In this document: piece by piece, positions 49,763 through 58,467 of the stretch
How the letters are laid out: each line of letters opens with the position of its first letter
Position numbering within the stretch: position 1 is the first letter of the stretch
NCBI GenBank assembly: GCA_036499305.1
Contig: DASYDZ010000209.1
Location: forward strand, 12-64,011
DNA: 64,000 nt
Origin: Candidatus Didemnitutus sp.
GTDB lineage: Bacteria > Verrucomicrobiota > Verrucomicrobiia > Opitutales > Opitutaceae
Direction: 5' to 3'
Program-made: the position numbers and the translations under genes
Notes under the pieces: model-generated
Seen by the model: only the letters and a program-made list of their open reading frames with translations
What the model was told of the DNA's origin: nothing
The model's database searches: none

Positions 49763-49879
49763 CTATTTCAGTTTCGTTCTATTTGTTTCCGTAGAGTGAA
49801 AACGCGAGGTAAGGCATTTCAGTTGTTATCCGTTAAATGCCACTTCATGCGGTGGTGTGGCATAACAGGAGTGGCATAA

Positions 49880-50629
49880 TCATCCCTCAGCTCGGCGGGC
49901 GGGACCGACATCTGTTTTGAGGATTCCGCGTTTGATGATCCTTTCCAGTGCCTCCTCCACGGAGGGATAGGGCTGACGCGGCGCGAGAACCATACTTAAG
50001 GGCGTGACAACCGTCATGGTCGATGTGGCTTTCGACCCCATCGATGCCCAGACCGTATCCATTCGCTCGCGGCCCAACTCCCGGCAGGATTCGATCATTT
50101 CGGCTTTGATTTGGTCGACCAGTGGAAGAATTAGGCCGTGCACATGCTCTAGATATTCGAGAGCCTTTTCACGAGTGGGGATCGTGCCCTTGTGGATAAC
50201 CGCATTTCGAAATTCGATCTGCTTTTGATCCAAAAGGGTTGGCTCGGTCCGGTTGTGAAGGACGTACGCTCCTACGAACATTCCGAGCTGTCGTTCAGAT
50301 TGCTTGCTCACAAGTTTCCATGCTTTTCCCACGTGAGAACCTGAGATTTTATGCTCCCGAAAAACCACCTTCGTGTAATACTCATAAAAGCGCTCCAGGG
50401 ATGAGGTAGCAGATGAGACCGCTTCCCTGTGGTAGGAATCTGCTATCGCGTTGAGCGCTATCTCGAAAAGCACCTCGAATTTGTCCTCTTGCCGGACCAC
50501 CACGTTTTTGTGCCCGACGCCGCATTCAAATTCGTACACGGAGGCTTCATTTGCGGGAAGAGAAACGAGATCGCGCTTCGCTCCCTCGGATTCAAAAAAA
50601 CATTTGGTGCAATAGAATCTTAACTTCAT
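49880..50629 (-). CDS. Hypothetical low-GC protein with N-terminal Zn-ribbon-like Cys/His and HEPN-like RNAVIH motif
   Basis: CTKC...CGVGH; helical core; FRNAVIH (R-x4-H). Confidence 0.7.
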   Translation of the reverse strand: MKLRFYCTKCFFESEGAKRDLVSLPANEASVYEFECGVGHKNVVVRQEDKFEVLFEIALNAIADSYHREAVSSATSSLERFYEYYTKVVFREHKISGSHVGKAWKLVSKQSERQLGMFVGAYVLHNRTEPTLLDQKQIEFRNAVIHKGTIPTREKALEYLEHVHGLILPLVDQIKAEMIESCRELGRERMDTVWASMGSKATSTMTVVTPLSMVLAPRQPYPSVEEALERIIKRGILKTDVGPARRAEG

Positions 50630-50931
50630 CGCCGCTCTCGCATACCTTGTCAGCGCGGCTGTCGAGTTCAACAAAAACCCCGCCGCGCGCACCAGACAAA
50701 TTCTTGGCCGTGGACGGTGCCAGCCGGGCGTCCTTCAACGCCGCCGGTCCCTCCGCCATATTCGAAGCCCGCGGCGCCAAGGCCTTGAGCGAGGGCACCG
50801 AAGTAGCCCGACGTAGGCAACCTCCAATCGCCAACTGCTTGGTTGCTACCCATCCATGAGGCAATTATCTCGAGGATCTACGGGTCGCGCCCAGAGCACC
50901 AACCAGTATAAACCGCGCAAGAAAGCCAGTT

Positions 50932-51510
50932 ATGGAAACACTTTATAAATTTCTTTTGTCGAGCGGCACCGTCATTGCCATTGGGACCGCCATGTTGGTG
51001 TTTCTTGGCATCCGCTCGGAGCATAGCTGTTGGACCGGTTTTGGCCTACCATTCTATCAGTTCCTGCCATCGACCAGGGATCTAGCATTTAAAGGCTTTG
51101 AAATCGCAAAGAAGGCATTTTGGCCAGCACACTTGATTTGGAGACTGTTCCTCGTAATTGGAATTCCGCCACTTTGTTTCGCGGCGTACTGGCTGAGTGG
51201 TTCAGAGTATCGCGAGGAATGGTTTGCGGGAATTATAATCCTGCCGGTACTGCTTTTCTGGCGCGCGTTGCATGCAGCCGCCAAACACGGCGAAAACAAC
51301 CAAAAAACTCTTAGAGAAGAGGGTCTGGATTGCACTTTCGTTCTTAAGGATCTTACGAAGGTGAAAGGATGCTTTCTTCTTTTTGGAAATGGGTATTATG
51401 TGATGAAAATTGAAAGCGGGTCCGATCTTCTTATTTTTCCGTCGGCAGAGGTAAAAAGCGTCTTGCTCCAATCTCGTAACAAATCCCAGGAACCGCCCGT
51501 GGTACTCTAA
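50932..51510 (+). CDS. Hypothetical low-GC membrane protein
   Basis: About three hydrophobic segments plus a beta-rich soluble C-terminus; AT-rich codons. Confidence 0.65.
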   Translation: METLYKFLLSSGTVIAIGTAMLVFLGIRSEHSCWTGFGLPFYQFLPSTRDLAFKGFEIAKKAFWPAHLIWRLFLVIGIPPLCFAAYWLSGSEYREEWFAGIIILPVLLFWRALHAAAKHGENNQKTLREEGLDCTFVLKDLTKVKGCFLLFGNGYYVMKIESGSDLLIFPSAEVKSVLLQSRNKSQEPPVVL

Positions 51511-51918
51511 AGCGCCGCCATATTGCCTGCAGGTAGAACTCTTCGGGGTCCACCGATTTGATAGTCGGCGGGATAGCCGGTGTCGTCTTCGTAAAGCGCG
51601 ATGATCGGCACCGTGGGGTCCGATCCGGCTGAGAATGTGTTTCCTTCGATCACGCCCGATCCCCGCGAATCTGCCTCCAGTTCGATTGCCCGCTATTGGT
51701 CGGGCAGTCGAAGGCGTTGGCGTGGATTTCCCACCAGCATGCGCCCAAGCTTCCCAAGGGGCACAAAGACTCAAACCAAGAGTGCGCGCCCGCACCTCGA
51801 TGCCGCTCGGATCCAACGCGCGCGGCCGGGTCGCACCGACGGAAGCGCGGCGGATGTTTGAGCGGAGGCTGGCGACCGGTCTACACCCGCCCAGGCCTCA
51901 AACCGAACGCGCGTTCGC

Positions 51919-53313
51919 TCAGTATCCGCTTTGGGCTTCCTTGGCCGCTCCTTCGCCTTCCTTCGGGCCCGCCATCCAGTCACGCGTCCCGTAGCGGGCA
52001 TAGAAGGCGACCCGCTCGCGAACCGAATCGTCAGCCATCTTCCGGGCCGCCTCGCGGTTCCCCTTGAAATGATGCTCGATCAGCCATTTTCGGCCGTACT
52101 TCACATGCGTGACTTCATCGGACCAGTCGAAGTCCTGAAAGGTCGTCATCAAGGGATGCCGGGCGACGTCGCGGCAGAACTCCCATTCTCCGCGCTTGCC
52201 GCCCGGATGCGCCATGGTCCCGGCCTCAATGGCAAGAGAGAGATGAGCCAGGGCTTTTTGTGGCGACTCGGCCAGCGCATGGATCCCGAAGCCGACCCAG
52301 CTTTCGAGGTCCGGAAGAGCGATGCCCTCCTGCTCCAGCGCGGCCTGCCCCATGAGAGAATGCCGGGTTTCATCCCAGCAATGGCGGGCCAGGTCGACCA
52401 CGGCTTCGGACGGCAGGTCGTCCCATTCGGCAAGGATCACCGCCACGGTTTCGGCCGCGCACATTTCCTGGGATCGAACCCACATCATTTGCCGCAGCTT
52501 TTCGTCGCCGCCGAGTTTCTCCGGGAGTCGCTTGGGAATGGCGGCGGTGAACCGCTTGTCGCGCGCAAACTCGTGGGTGACCTGATAACGCTCGACCGCC
52601 CGCGGGACGGGCCGGCGGTCCGCCGAAGGCACCGGGTCGCGGCCCAGGACGCCACCGGCGTGGTGAAGAAACTGTTCGAAATGGGCGCGCCACTCCGCCC
52701 GGACCTGGCCGCCACCGGGGACCGAGGCAAAGGCATCGAGGAATCGCTGTCCCAAAACCTGCCGTTCGCGTTCCTCGGCCAGGATGGTTTTGAGAATGCG
52801 AACGGTGGGAAAGTCCACCAAAGGCTGCGTCTCGGCCACGTACCACTCGAGCGCGCGGATCAAAGCGGGCCCGATCACGTCAAGAAGTCCGGTGCAAAGC
52901 TCGAGGGAACCCGGGCTGTGCAGAACCTCGGTCAGCAAGTCCCCCAGTTGGTAGGAGAGCACCTTTCCCACTTCGAACTTGTTGGAGCGAAGTTCGGTGA
53001 GCCGGTCTTCCAGCGCCTTGAAATGCGTGGCATCCTCCCACATCCAGCGGGCCAGCGCCGCCTTCAATTCCCACTCCGGCGTATCGGGCATGCGCGATGA
53101 ATAAATCGACACGCATCCCCTCTTGAGCGCGGCAAGGCGGGCCACCATTCGCGCACACTCGTCGACCGGCAGGCCCGGACGCGAGACCTCGTCGATGCCC
53201 GCGTAACGGGGAAGCTGGTCCAGGAAGGCGAGCCCCGATCGGCGATGATCAATACCCTTCTGACGGATGGGAGGCAGAAATTCGGGCGACGAATCAGCTT
53301 GGGGAGTATTCAT
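51919..53313 (-). CDS. Tandem ferritin-like (DUF455-like) protein
   Basis: WEDATH in the N-half; QEMCAAE, WDETRH, IEAG, DEVTH in the C-half. Confidence 0.75.
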   Translation of the reverse strand: MNTPQADSSPEFLPPIRQKGIDHRRSGLAFLDQLPRYAGIDEVSRPGLPVDECARMVARLAALKRGCVSIYSSRMPDTPEWELKAALARWMWEDATHFKALEDRLTELRSNKFEVGKVLSYQLGDLLTEVLHSPGSLELCTGLLDVIGPALIRALEWYVAETQPLVDFPTVRILKTILAEERERQVLGQRFLDAFASVPGGGQVRAEWRAHFEQFLHHAGGVLGRDPVPSADRRPVPRAVERYQVTHEFARDKRFTAAIPKRLPEKLGGDEKLRQMMWVRSQEMCAAETVAVILAEWDDLPSEAVVDLARHCWDETRHSLMGQAALEQEGIALPDLESWVGFGIHALAESPQKALAHLSLAIEAGTMAHPGGKRGEWEFCRDVARHPLMTTFQDFDWSDEVTHVKYGRKWLIEHHFKGNREAARKMADDSVRERVAFYARYGTRDWMAGPKEGEGAAKEAQSGY

Positions 53314-53670
53314 GAAAATGATTTGAACCGACCCGATGCGGCGGGTGTGTCCCGCCCGTGACGTTCCCTTTGGCGCTGGCTACGAAAATATCATCGTCGA
53401 AAGGAACGTCGAGGCAGGTTTGCCGGGGCGCGCAAGAATATCGGAGCGGGTCGTAAATCATGAGGATTTTCCCGCCGCCGCTTGGGATTTATTCGACCGG
53501 GCCCGCCCGCGACGTGGGCAAACGGGGACATCCGTGTTTGGGATAATCGTAAAACTCCCAACGGGGACAGCCGCAGCGATGCGGACCGCCGGGACGGGGT
53601 GCCGACTGGCCGAATATTCGCGAATAGCAGAGAGCCGTCCGGATCGCGGCATCAGCCGCACCGGCCGTTT

Positions 53671-54453
53671 TCAGGTCACCAATTCCCGATTGATCGCTTC
53701 CGCATGGCGCAGGCCGAAAAGCACGAGTTCGGGAACGACTTCGTCAAACAGCTTCTCGCTTTCCAGAAGGCGCGAAAAGCCACCGGTGCCGATGACGACA
53801 GGTGCCTTGGTGCCAAAGGCCTCGCGCGCGAGTTCGCCCACGAGATGGCGGATGGCCCCGACCTGGCCGTGAAACAGGCCGGACTGGATGCTCTCGACCG
53901 TGCTCCGTCCCAACGCCGACTCCGGGCGCACGATCTCCACCGCGGGCAGCCGGGCGGTGCGCGACGCCAGGCACTCGGCCGAGATTCCGAGCCCGGGGAG
54001 GATGGCGCCTCCCAAATAATCCCCCACGCCGGCCACCACGTCAAAAGTCGTGGCCGTGCCGCAGTCGACCACCACAACGTCTCGCCCCGGATGGCGCTGC
54101 ACCGCGGCGATGGCGTTGGCGATGCGGTCGGCGCCCACTTCGGTGGGATTGCGATAGCGGACGCGCAGCCCGGTCTTGACCCCCGCCTGCAGCACGAACG
54201 GCTCCCGGCGAAAATATTTCAGGCAGGCGGCGCGCAGCGGATAGGAGGTGGGCGGCACCACGGAACACATCGCCACCTGCGAGATTTCGGCGGGGTCGAG
54301 GCCATTTTCCCTCAGGACATTGAGAAAGAATACCCCGAGCTCATCCGATGAACCGATGGGATGGGTCGATTTGCGAAATTGAAGGCGCAGGCCTTCGCCG
54401 GAAAAAACACCGCCGTGGATCTGGGTGTTTCCGACGTCGAGACAAAGGATCAT
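53671..54453 (-). CDS. coaX: Type III pantothenate kinase
   Basis: LDVGNT, VGADR, VDCGTATT, GGAILPG, GTGG. Confidence 0.96.
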   Translation of the reverse strand: MILCLDVGNTQIHGGVFSGEGLRLQFRKSTHPIGSSDELGVFFLNVLRENGLDPAEISQVAMCSVVPPTSYPLRAACLKYFRREPFVLQAGVKTGLRVRYRNPTEVGADRIANAIAAVQRHPGRDVVVVDCGTATTFDVVAGVGDYLGGAILPGLGISAECLASRTARLPAVEIVRPESALGRSTVESIQSGLFHGQVGAIRHLVGELAREAFGTKAPVVIGTGGFSRLLESEKLFDEVVPELVLFGLRHAEAINRELVT

Positions 54454-54462
54454 CGGGACACG

Positions 54463-55686
54463 CTAGACCGCCGTCCGTCGATTGACCAGCACCTGTTCCA
54501 GAACCGCGGCCATCGCCTGACGCTCGGGGCAATGGGCGACCAGGTGGCCACTGGCATCGTAGATATCCGCCGGGAAGGCGGTGCCCTTCCCGCGCGCCCG
54601 TTCGTCGTTGTGCACGACCCAGTCGGGATGGGATTCGTCCAGGAGGCCTCGAACCTCGTCCAGCGCCTCCCCCGGGTCCGCGCCCGTCGTCAGCTTGAAC
54701 GCCACGATCTGCGTGCGGGGACCGCCGAGCTCGCGCAGCCGGCCGAGAAGTTTGGGATTCGGGCGCAGGTGCAACGCGGCGGGCCGCCGGGAGTCCAGCT
54801 TGCCCGTCCCCGCTGCGATCACGGACCCGGCGATCTCGATATGGTCGAGGGCGAAGTCACCCACCGCCGCGGCATGGATTACGACGTCGAATGATCCCGG
54901 GCGGACCAGCCGTTCGAGCGCGCCCTGCAGTTCGGTGAAGGTCTCGAACGTTTCCTCGTCTCCGCTGGAGGCGGACCGCCGCGCGCCGGTCGCACGGAGC
55001 AGGGTGACCGCATCGCCTCGTTTTCGAAAATGATCGGCGAGCAGCGCCCCGGTCGCCCCGGTGCTTCGATTCGTAATGACGCGGACGCGGTCGATCGGCT
55101 CCGCCGTCCCGCCGCTCGTGATGAGGATGTTCAGGCGCGATTCCGCCGGAACCAGGGTCTGCTCGATCGCCGCCAGAATCTGCTCGGGCTCCGCCATCCT
55201 GCCCTCGCCCATCTCACCACAGGCGGTGGCACCGGTCCCGATCGGAACCAAGCGCACTCCCCAGGAGGTTAACTTGTCGACGGACGACTGCGTCGCCGGA
55301 TGACTCCACATGGCGGGATTCATCGCGGGCGTCACAAGCCACGGCTTCGTCCGGTCGCCGGCGAGAAACAGCGCACCGGGAAGATCATCGGCCAGGCCGG
55401 CCGCCATGCGATTGAGCGTGTTCGCCGTCGCCGGACAGGTGATGACGAGGTCGGCCCAGCGGGTCAGCCGGATGTGCTCCAAAGCGGCACCGGACGCGAA
55501 GAGATCGGAAAGCACCGGTGCCCCCGCGAGACCCTCAAGCGTCGCCGGTCCGACGAACCGGAGCGCCGATGGCGACGCGACCACCCGCACCTCGTGTCCG
55601 CGCTGCACGAGCCCCGAAATCACGGTGCAGGCCTTGTACGCCGCGATGGAGCCCGTGACGATGAACAGGATTCTAGAGTGCGACAT
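54463..55686 (-). CDS. coaBC: Bifunctional PPC decarboxylase/synthetase
   Basis: TGSIAAYK, EHI, PATAN, PAMN, ITSGGTAEPIDRVRVITNRSTG, AAAVGDF. Confidence 0.94.
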   Translation of the reverse strand: MSHSRILFIVTGSIAAYKACTVISGLVQRGHEVRVVASPSALRFVGPATLEGLAGAPVLSDLFASGAALEHIRLTRWADLVITCPATANTLNRMAAGLADDLPGALFLAGDRTKPWLVTPAMNPAMWSHPATQSSVDKLTSWGVRLVPIGTGATACGEMGEGRMAEPEQILAAIEQTLVPAESRLNILITSGGTAEPIDRVRVITNRSTGATGALLADHFRKRGDAVTLLRATGARRSASSGDEETFETFTELQGALERLVRPGSFDVVIHAAAVGDFALDHIEIAGSVIAAGTGKLDSRRPAALHLRPNPKLLGRLRELGGPRTQIVAFKLTTGADPGEALDEVRGLLDESHPDWVVHNDERARGKGTAFPADIYDASGHLVAHCPERQAMAAVLEQVLVNRRTAV

Positions 55687-56431
55687 TGTCGATCAAGCGG
55701 ACGCCCTCCAGGCGGATGGCTCCCAGGCGACGTCCGCGGTCATCGACCACATAGTCGACGCCGAAACCCGCCTCGCTCAGCGCAACGGCGGCGATCGGCG
55801 CGGTGGCGGCCGATCTCAGAATGGCCGGGAAGGCGGTCGCGCGCGCGCGTCCGGCGGTCGAAAGCCGGCGATTGCGCGAGCTCATCGCGAGGCCATCGGG
55901 ATCGCGAACGGTTGGGCACGCCACGATTTCGCCGGGGACGAGCAATGCGTCGACCATGGCGCGGACCAACTGGAGCTGCTGCCAGTCCTTCTCCCCAAAA
56001 TACGACCGCTCCGGACGAACCAGATTCAGCAACTTGAGCACCACCGTCAGCACGCCCTCGAAGTGTCCGGGCCGATGGGCCCCTTCCAATTCCTGGCTGG
56101 CGGCAGTCTCGGCCACGCGGAATTTGTATCCATCCGGATACAGCGCGGCGGCATCGGGCGCGATCACGTCGTCCACCAGTCCGGAAACCAGCGCGCAATC
56201 GGCCTCCAGCGTTCGAGGGTACAGATCGAGATCCGACGGCTCGTTGAATTGGGTCGGGTTGACAAAGATGCTGAGCACCACGCGACCGGACTCGCGTCGC
56301 GCCTTCGCGACCAACGCGCGGTGGCCCTCGTGCAGCGCGCCCATGGTCGGCACGAAACCGACGGTTTGCCCTCGATAATCCGCCGATGCCCGAACCCGGC
56401 GCCAGCTCTCCAGCGTGCGATGAACCCTCAC
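55673..56431 (-). CDS. panC: Pantoate--beta-alanine ligase
   Basis: VPTMGALHEGH, SIFVNPTQF, RPGHF, FGEKDWQQ, MSSRN, RLIDN; GTG start overlapping the panB stop. Confidence 0.96.
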   Translation of the reverse strand: MRVHRTLESWRRVRASADYRGQTVGFVPTMGALHEGHRALVAKARRESGRVVLSIFVNPTQFNEPSDLDLYPRTLEADCALVSGLVDDVIAPDAAALYPDGYKFRVAETAASQELEGAHRPGHFEGVLTVVLKLLNLVRPERSYFGEKDWQQLQLVRAMVDALLVPGEIVACPTVRDPDGLAMSSRNRRLSTAGRARATAFPAILRSAATAPIAAVALSEAGFGVDYVVDDRGRRLGAIRLEGVRLIDNVAL

Positions 56432-57219
56432 GCCAGGACCTCCTCGCGGGCGGGAAACCGGGCGCCGCGCACGTCGGCGACGAATCGGTTGAGCGATGAA
56501 ACAACCAGGCGGTGGCCGTCGAGATACGACCGCGCAAAACGCGGCCGAAAATCCGGATCCAGTCCGAGCAGGTCGGTCAGCACCAGAACCTGGCCGGAGG
56601 TCGCCGAACCGGCTCCGATCCCGATCGTGGGAATCGACAACTCCGCCGTTACCGCCGCCGCCAATCCGGCGGGAATGCATTCCAGCACGAGGCCGAAGGC
56701 ACCCGCCGCCTCCATCGCGGCGCTCTCGCGGCGCAAACGCAAGGCGTCGTCCGCCGAGCGCCCTTGGAAGCGGTGGCCGCCGAGGGCATTGACCGACTGG
56801 GGCGTCAGCCCGAGATGCCCCATCACGGGAATGCCGCTGACCACGAGGTGGCGGATCAGATCATCGTGACCGGCAAGCCCCTCGATTTTCACCGCGTTGG
56901 CGCCCGCCTGGATGAGCATTCCCGCGGCATCCACGCCGGCGGCGAGACCGCGCCGGGTCGAAAGAAACGGCAGATCGGCGATCAGCAGCAGGTCGGCCGC
57001 GCCGCGCCGGACCGCCGCCGTGTGCAGGCACATCATTTCGAGTGTCGCGTGGACGGTCGACGGATGTCCATGCACGACCATGGCCACGCTGTCACCCACG
57101 AGGATCGCGTCGGCTTCGGACGCGGCCACCGCGCGCGCCATCAGGACATCGTAGGCCGTGACGACGGCGATCGGGCGCGCCTCATGGCGGGCGCGGGCAA
57201 AATCGAGGATCGTCTTCAT
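56428..57219 (-). CDS. panB: 3-methyl-2-oxobutanoate hydroxymethyltransferase
   Basis: [38 protein letters not shown]. Confidence 0.97.
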   Translation of the reverse strand: MKTILDFARARHEARPIAVVTAYDVLMARAVAASEADAILVGDSVAMVVHGHPSTVHATLEMMCLHTAAVRRGAADLLLIADLPFLSTRRGLAAGVDAAGMLIQAGANAVKIEGLAGHDDLIRHLVVSGIPVMGHLGLTPQSVNALGGHRFQGRSADDALRLRRESAAMEAAGAFGLVLECIPAGLAAAVTAELSIPTIGIGAGSATSGQVLVLTDLLGLDPDFRPRFARSYLDGHRLVVSSLNRFVADVRGARFPAREEVLA

Positions 57220-57221
57220 CG

Positions 57222-57272
57222 CGCCGACCTGGAGGTCCGGCGGCGATCGAATGACGGGGAGATCAAGTCATC
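57222..57272 (-). promoter_or_regulatory. Two-hairpin leader directly upstream of panB
   Basis: Sense strand GATGAC-loop-GTCATT and CGCC-G-GACC-TCCA-GGTC-GGCG, ending 2 nt before the ATG. Confidence 0.4.
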
Positions 57273-57461
57273 GGGTGCTTGTCGCATGGCGATCAGGCCT
57301 CGGTTAAACGGGAATGGTGGATTGATTCCGGTCGCGAGCGGGTTCGCGCCGAAGCACAGAAACGTGCTCATTGCATGGGTCCGCGCAACCGAATTCGCGC
57401 CCTGGAATCGCCGCCGCGTCTCCTGTCACCGGCCAACCGTCGTCCCCACTTTGGCGTCCGG

Positions 57462-58262
57462 CTATTTCTTTCCGCCGGCCTCGGCCGGCGCCGCATTTTC
57501 GGGCACGATTCCGATGATCTTGATCTCACCGGCCTTGACCTGCCCCTCGGAAAGCTGGTCGGTGTCCACCAACACCGGTTTATCGGAAGGTCGTCCAATG
57601 GCGGGTCCGGCGGAGGTCAGCATCGTCGGCAGCGCCTGGGCCATTGATTTTCCATTCGCGGGGAGGCCGATGCGGGTCTGCCAGTAGATGACCGCCCGGG
57701 AAGTGTCCATCGACTTGTATTCGAAGGCCGTGATGATGATCCCGTAGATGGGATCGTTGGCGTTTTCGAGAATGGTCTCGACGGTCCGGGAGCGCATGTT
57801 GCGCCGGAAAACCTCGGGACCCAATTGTCCCGGAAGGACCGGACTGGCGATATCCTGGCTCGGGTTGTAGCCGAGAAACCACAGGAGATCATTGCTGCGC
57901 GGTTCGAGGTAGCCCCACTGCACGATGATGAAAACGGTGGGGGCACGCGCCGGAACCTTGGGATCGCCGGCGAGGTAGCCCTGCTTCGCGAGGATCCCTG
58001 TGATCAGGCGGTCGAATTCCTGTTGATCGGGCTCGTCGTCACCCCCGATCGAACCCAGCCGATGACCGAGCGAGCGTCCAAGAAAATACACCGGCTGCGC
58101 CGGGCTTGGGGGAGAAAGCTTTTCGCCCTCCGGGGTCGTGTCGGTGGCGACAATCGCGCTGCCCCAGTAGTTCGTGAACAGACCGCCGCGGACCGGGGGC
58201 ACGATGCCCGCTCCGAGCAGCAGCAAAGCAGAGGTCAGAAGGCCAGGGCGCGGCAATCGCAT
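57462..58262 (-). CDS. Hypothetical exported protein (DUF4136-like layout)
   Basis: Signal peptide; ILAKQGY, IIVQWG, YWQTRIG alpha/beta pattern. Confidence 0.65.
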   Translation of the reverse strand: MRLPRPGLLTSALLLLGAGIVPPVRGGLFTNYWGSAIVATDTTPEGEKLSPPSPAQPVYFLGRSLGHRLGSIGGDDEPDQQEFDRLITGILAKQGYLAGDPKVPARAPTVFIIVQWGYLEPRSNDLLWFLGYNPSQDIASPVLPGQLGPEVFRRNMRSRTVETILENANDPIYGIIITAFEYKSMDTSRAVIYWQTRIGLPANGKSMAQALPTMLTSAGPAIGRPSDKPVLVDTDQLSEGQVKAGEIKIIGIVPENAAPAEAGGKK

Positions 58263-58467
58263 CGCCGGCCAGTTTATGAGCCGGCGGCGTCCAGTCAAAT
58301 GGGGTCCTCGCCAAGGCGACGCGACGGCCCCCATTTCCAAACCGTAACGATGCAGCAGAAGCTGGTTTTGCTTTAAGATCGACGGGTCCTTTGGTGGTCG
58401 CCGATTTCCCCCTCGACGACAGAGACGTCGGAATGGAAGCCGACGCCCACCTGCCGCATCGTTCCCG

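Noticed and set aside
49770-51700. Integron gene cassettes (attC sites) in the low-GC islet
   Set aside because: No RYYYAAC...GTTRRRY paired ends found by eye, and the genes are divergent.
53480-53660. c-di-GMP or cobalamin riboswitch (GGGCAAAC..., repeated AACGGGGACA)
   Set aside because: Lacks the GAAA tetraloop/CGCAAA and B12-box elements; only generic hairpins.
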